From: a virus
Taxonomy: Duplodnaviria; Caudoviricetes
Length of the DNA stretch: 46,305 nucleotides
Reading direction: 5' to 3' (one strand)
Virus record (IMG/VR): IMGVR_UViG_3300030376_005538
Coordinates: 1 to 46,305 of that record
Of this stretch, positions 44,590 to 46,305 are shown in pieces. The first letter of the stretch is position 1; every line of letters starts with the position of its first letter. The position numbers and the translations under genes were made by a program. Below the pieces are notes generated by a model, which did not search any database, had not been told where the DNA came from, and was given only the letters and a program-made list of their open reading frames with translations.

Positions 44590-44674
44590 TAGTATCTCTT
44601 ACTATACACTCTCTTCATTTATGAAGAGTGTATAGTTAGAGAGACTTATACGACTCAAAATTTTCAAACTTCAA
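44590..44674 (+). repeat. Early hairpin repeat, copy 3
   Basis: Hairpin identical to copy 2, followed by TTTTCAAACTTCAA. Confidence 0.95.
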
Positions 44675-44685
44675 TTTAATCCATC

Positions 44686-44910
44686 ATGCTACAAGACATG
44701 AACACACGGCAACTTGCCGAAGCAATTCAGGAGGACCTGAGCAAGGTCAGCCTCATCCTCAACTTCAGTCGCCACCGAGAGGTGCCACAACTAATGAGTA
44801 TGTCATGTGCGGCCTTGGAAGGCAAGCACTCATGCAAGACCCCTCTTGCCACACTCATCTCCAACATCGACGAGGCATCTGACCTCATCATCGAAAAAAC
44901 CTACAAGTAA
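44686..44910 (+). CDS. Early protein, 74 aa
   Basis: Follows the conserved leader; TAATG coupling downstream. Confidence 0.7.
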   Translation: MLQDMNTRQLAEAIQEDLSKVSLILNFSRHREVPQLMSMSCAALEGKHSCKTPLATLISNIDEASDLIIEKTYK

Positions 44911-45503
44911 TGAAACAATATGCAGTAATACACGCTGTCGCAGGACTCTTCGAGGGGTACAGCGACACCACTTGTGAGTTCTTCTCCAAGCGGGGATTCG
45001 CAGACAAGCACCTCAAACAAGTACTTGACGAATACCGCAAGGATGAGATGTGTGTCAGGATTGAGCATGACGGAGACAGCACCTATGTCACCCTATCCCC
45101 TGACGCTGACGACTACGCCGCTTGCGTCCCATCTGACATGGAGCACGACGACTACGTGGCAGAGAACATGGACGACGTGAGTGTCGAGGTGTTCCGCACC
45201 ATCGAGCTTGACCTGTCCAACCGCTCCGACTCCACTGAGTCATGTTGGCTGACGTGGAACCAACTAGATGCCACCCAAGCATGGGACTACACCCCCTTGT
45301 GTATGTCCTTGGTGGCTCGTGTCTCTTCCGATGTCATGGACAACACAGGCAAGTACACCGACTATGCGTTGACTTTGCAACAGCTCACGGAGTTCATCTC
45401 TGCTGTGTACTACCGCAAGCACGCATTCATCGACGTAGACGACTACACCATGCACGCTTTCCGTATCCCCAAACCCAAAAACTCTGACAGCTATGACGCC
45501 TAA
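44910..45503 (+). CDS. Acidic early protein, 197 aa
   Basis: Long ORF with early-type codon usage. Confidence 0.75.
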   Translation: MKQYAVIHAVAGLFEGYSDTTCEFFSKRGFADKHLKQVLDEYRKDEMCVRIEHDGDSTYVTLSPDADDYAACVPSDMEHDDYVAENMDDVSVEVFRTIELDLSNRSDSTESCWLTWNQLDATQAWDYTPLCMSLVARVSSDVMDNTGKYTDYALTLQQLTEFISAVYYRKHAFIDVDDYTMHAFRIPKPKNSDSYDA

Positions 45504-45717
45504 CCCATACTACATCTACGTTACGCTCCACCTGATGGAGTGCAGTTCGGAATCCTTTGCACAAGAAGCGTGCGACATCAAGTGGGACATCGCATCCGAG
45601 GTGTACCAAAAGTTTCTTGACTCCAAGTACAACGTCGAAACCAAAAGCGAGTACGACTGCATCGAAGAATTTCTCACACACGAACCTATTATCTATGACG
45701 AAGAAACAACTGCTTGA
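45493..45717 (+). CDS. Early protein, 74 aa
   Basis: YQKFLDSKYN..SEYDCIEEFL. Confidence 0.7.
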   Translation: MTPNPYYIYVTLHLMECSSESFAQEACDIKWDIASEVYQKFLDSKYNVETKSEYDCIEEFLTHEPIIYDEETTA

Positions 45718-45916
45718 CCTCATCGCAGAATACCCTGACGATGCAGAGGTAGTAATAGAGGTGCATGACACCACGCTACACGAAGACCTGTACGACTTCA
45801 CGCTAGACCCCATCCAATGGACTCGGTTCAATCACGAAGCGGACAATCCAATGGATTCTTTTGACTACAAAACCATGCACGAGCTACGGCTCTGCCCAAT
45901 CAAGAACGAACAATGA
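45695..45916 (+). CDS. Early protein, 73 aa
   Basis: MTKKQLLDLIAEYPDDAEVVIE, a common phage N-terminal pattern. Confidence 0.7.
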   Translation: MTKKQLLDLIAEYPDDAEVVIEVHDTTLHEDLYDFTLDPIQWTRFNHEADNPMDSFDYKTMHELRLCPIKNEQ

Positions 45917-46026
45917 CTAAAAAAGAAATCATCGAAGACCTCCGCGACAAAGTAGCGGACATCAAATACGACTGTCAAGTAGTGCTTGACATCCTTGACA
46001 CCCTATATCATGAAGACAATGAGTGA
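45913..46026 (+). CDS. Small early protein, 37 aa (not in ORF track)
   Basis: MTKKEIIEDLRDKVADIKYDCQVVLDILDTLYHEDNE; ATGA overlap. Confidence 0.55.
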   Translation: MTKKEIIEDLRDKVADIKYDCQVVLDILDTLYHEDNE

Positions 46027-46261
46027 AGAAACCTTATACGACCTGCGGTGCTACGTCAGCAACTGCTTCAACCACCGTGGATACAAGTCCGACGGCATCA
46101 CTTGGGACGACAGCGGTTACCAACAGCTATCTCGCCTTATGACTACGGAGTACGACCTCGACAACAACGACGTGGACGAGGTGGTCAGCGAAATCGAGGA
46201 CATCCTGTCCAAGTTTATCATGGAGAACTCCCCAAAATTTACAGACAATGAAGAACACTAA
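46019..46261 (+). CDS. Acidic early protein, ~80 aa
   Basis: MSEETLYDLRCYVSNCF..; start could instead be 46010. Confidence 0.65.
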   Translation: MSEETLYDLRCYVSNCFNHRGYKSDGITWDDSGYQQLSRLMTTEYDLDNNDVDEVVSEIEDILSKFIMENSPKFTDNEEH

Positions 46262-46305
46262 AGCATACGACGTAACCAACCGAATCATCGACTACGAGAT
46301 GGGGC
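46248..46305 (+). CDS. Early protein, truncated at window end
   Basis: MKNTKAYDVTNRIIDYEMG.. Confidence 0.55.
   Translation, partial: MKNTKAYDVTNRIIDYEMG

Noticed and set aside
44415-44624. 69-aa plus-strand ORF across the ncRNA array
   Set aside because: GTG start without the conserved leader, lacks early codon bias, and runs through the T-arm and the hairpin repeat.
41208-44674. Repeated palindromes as a CRISPR array or IS/MITE ends
   Set aside because: Copies are separated by 1.1-2.2 kb of genes rather than short spacers; no cas or transposase gene and no target-site duplications.
1-46305. Stop-codon reassignment as seen in some crAss-like phages
   Set aside because: Long genes are intact in the standard code and no suppressor tRNA is present.

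Overview
This window is part of a crAss-like (Crassvirales-related) podophage genome, most likely infecting a Bacteroidota/Flavobacteriales host. It has two divergent blocks. Bases 1-39,930 are almost entirely minus-strand morphogenesis and late genes: SLT-like virion protein, M15 endolysin, sulfotransferase-like protein, double-GroES, terminase, portal, small basic proteins, scaffold, major capsid protein, ring proteins, a tail-stabilisation (muzzle) gene apparently split in two, cargo proteins and a truncated giant HExxH protein. About ten Bacteroidota-type TAnnTTTG promoter elements lie in this block, together with one normal tRNA-Arg and one rearranged tRNA-like gene. After a ~760-bp control region, bases 40,689-46,305 are plus-strand, short, C/A-rich early-type genes. 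The least explained signal is a nucleic-acid layer in this early block: a complete type I hammerhead ribozyme, five long imperfect hairpins (three near-identical, with a compensatory base change), a fixed-spacing AAACTTCAA leader, and a ~540-nt gene-free array of structured RNAs including two tRNA mimics with non-tRNA cores. All family assignments are by eye from motifs and gene order; no database searches or folding programs were run.
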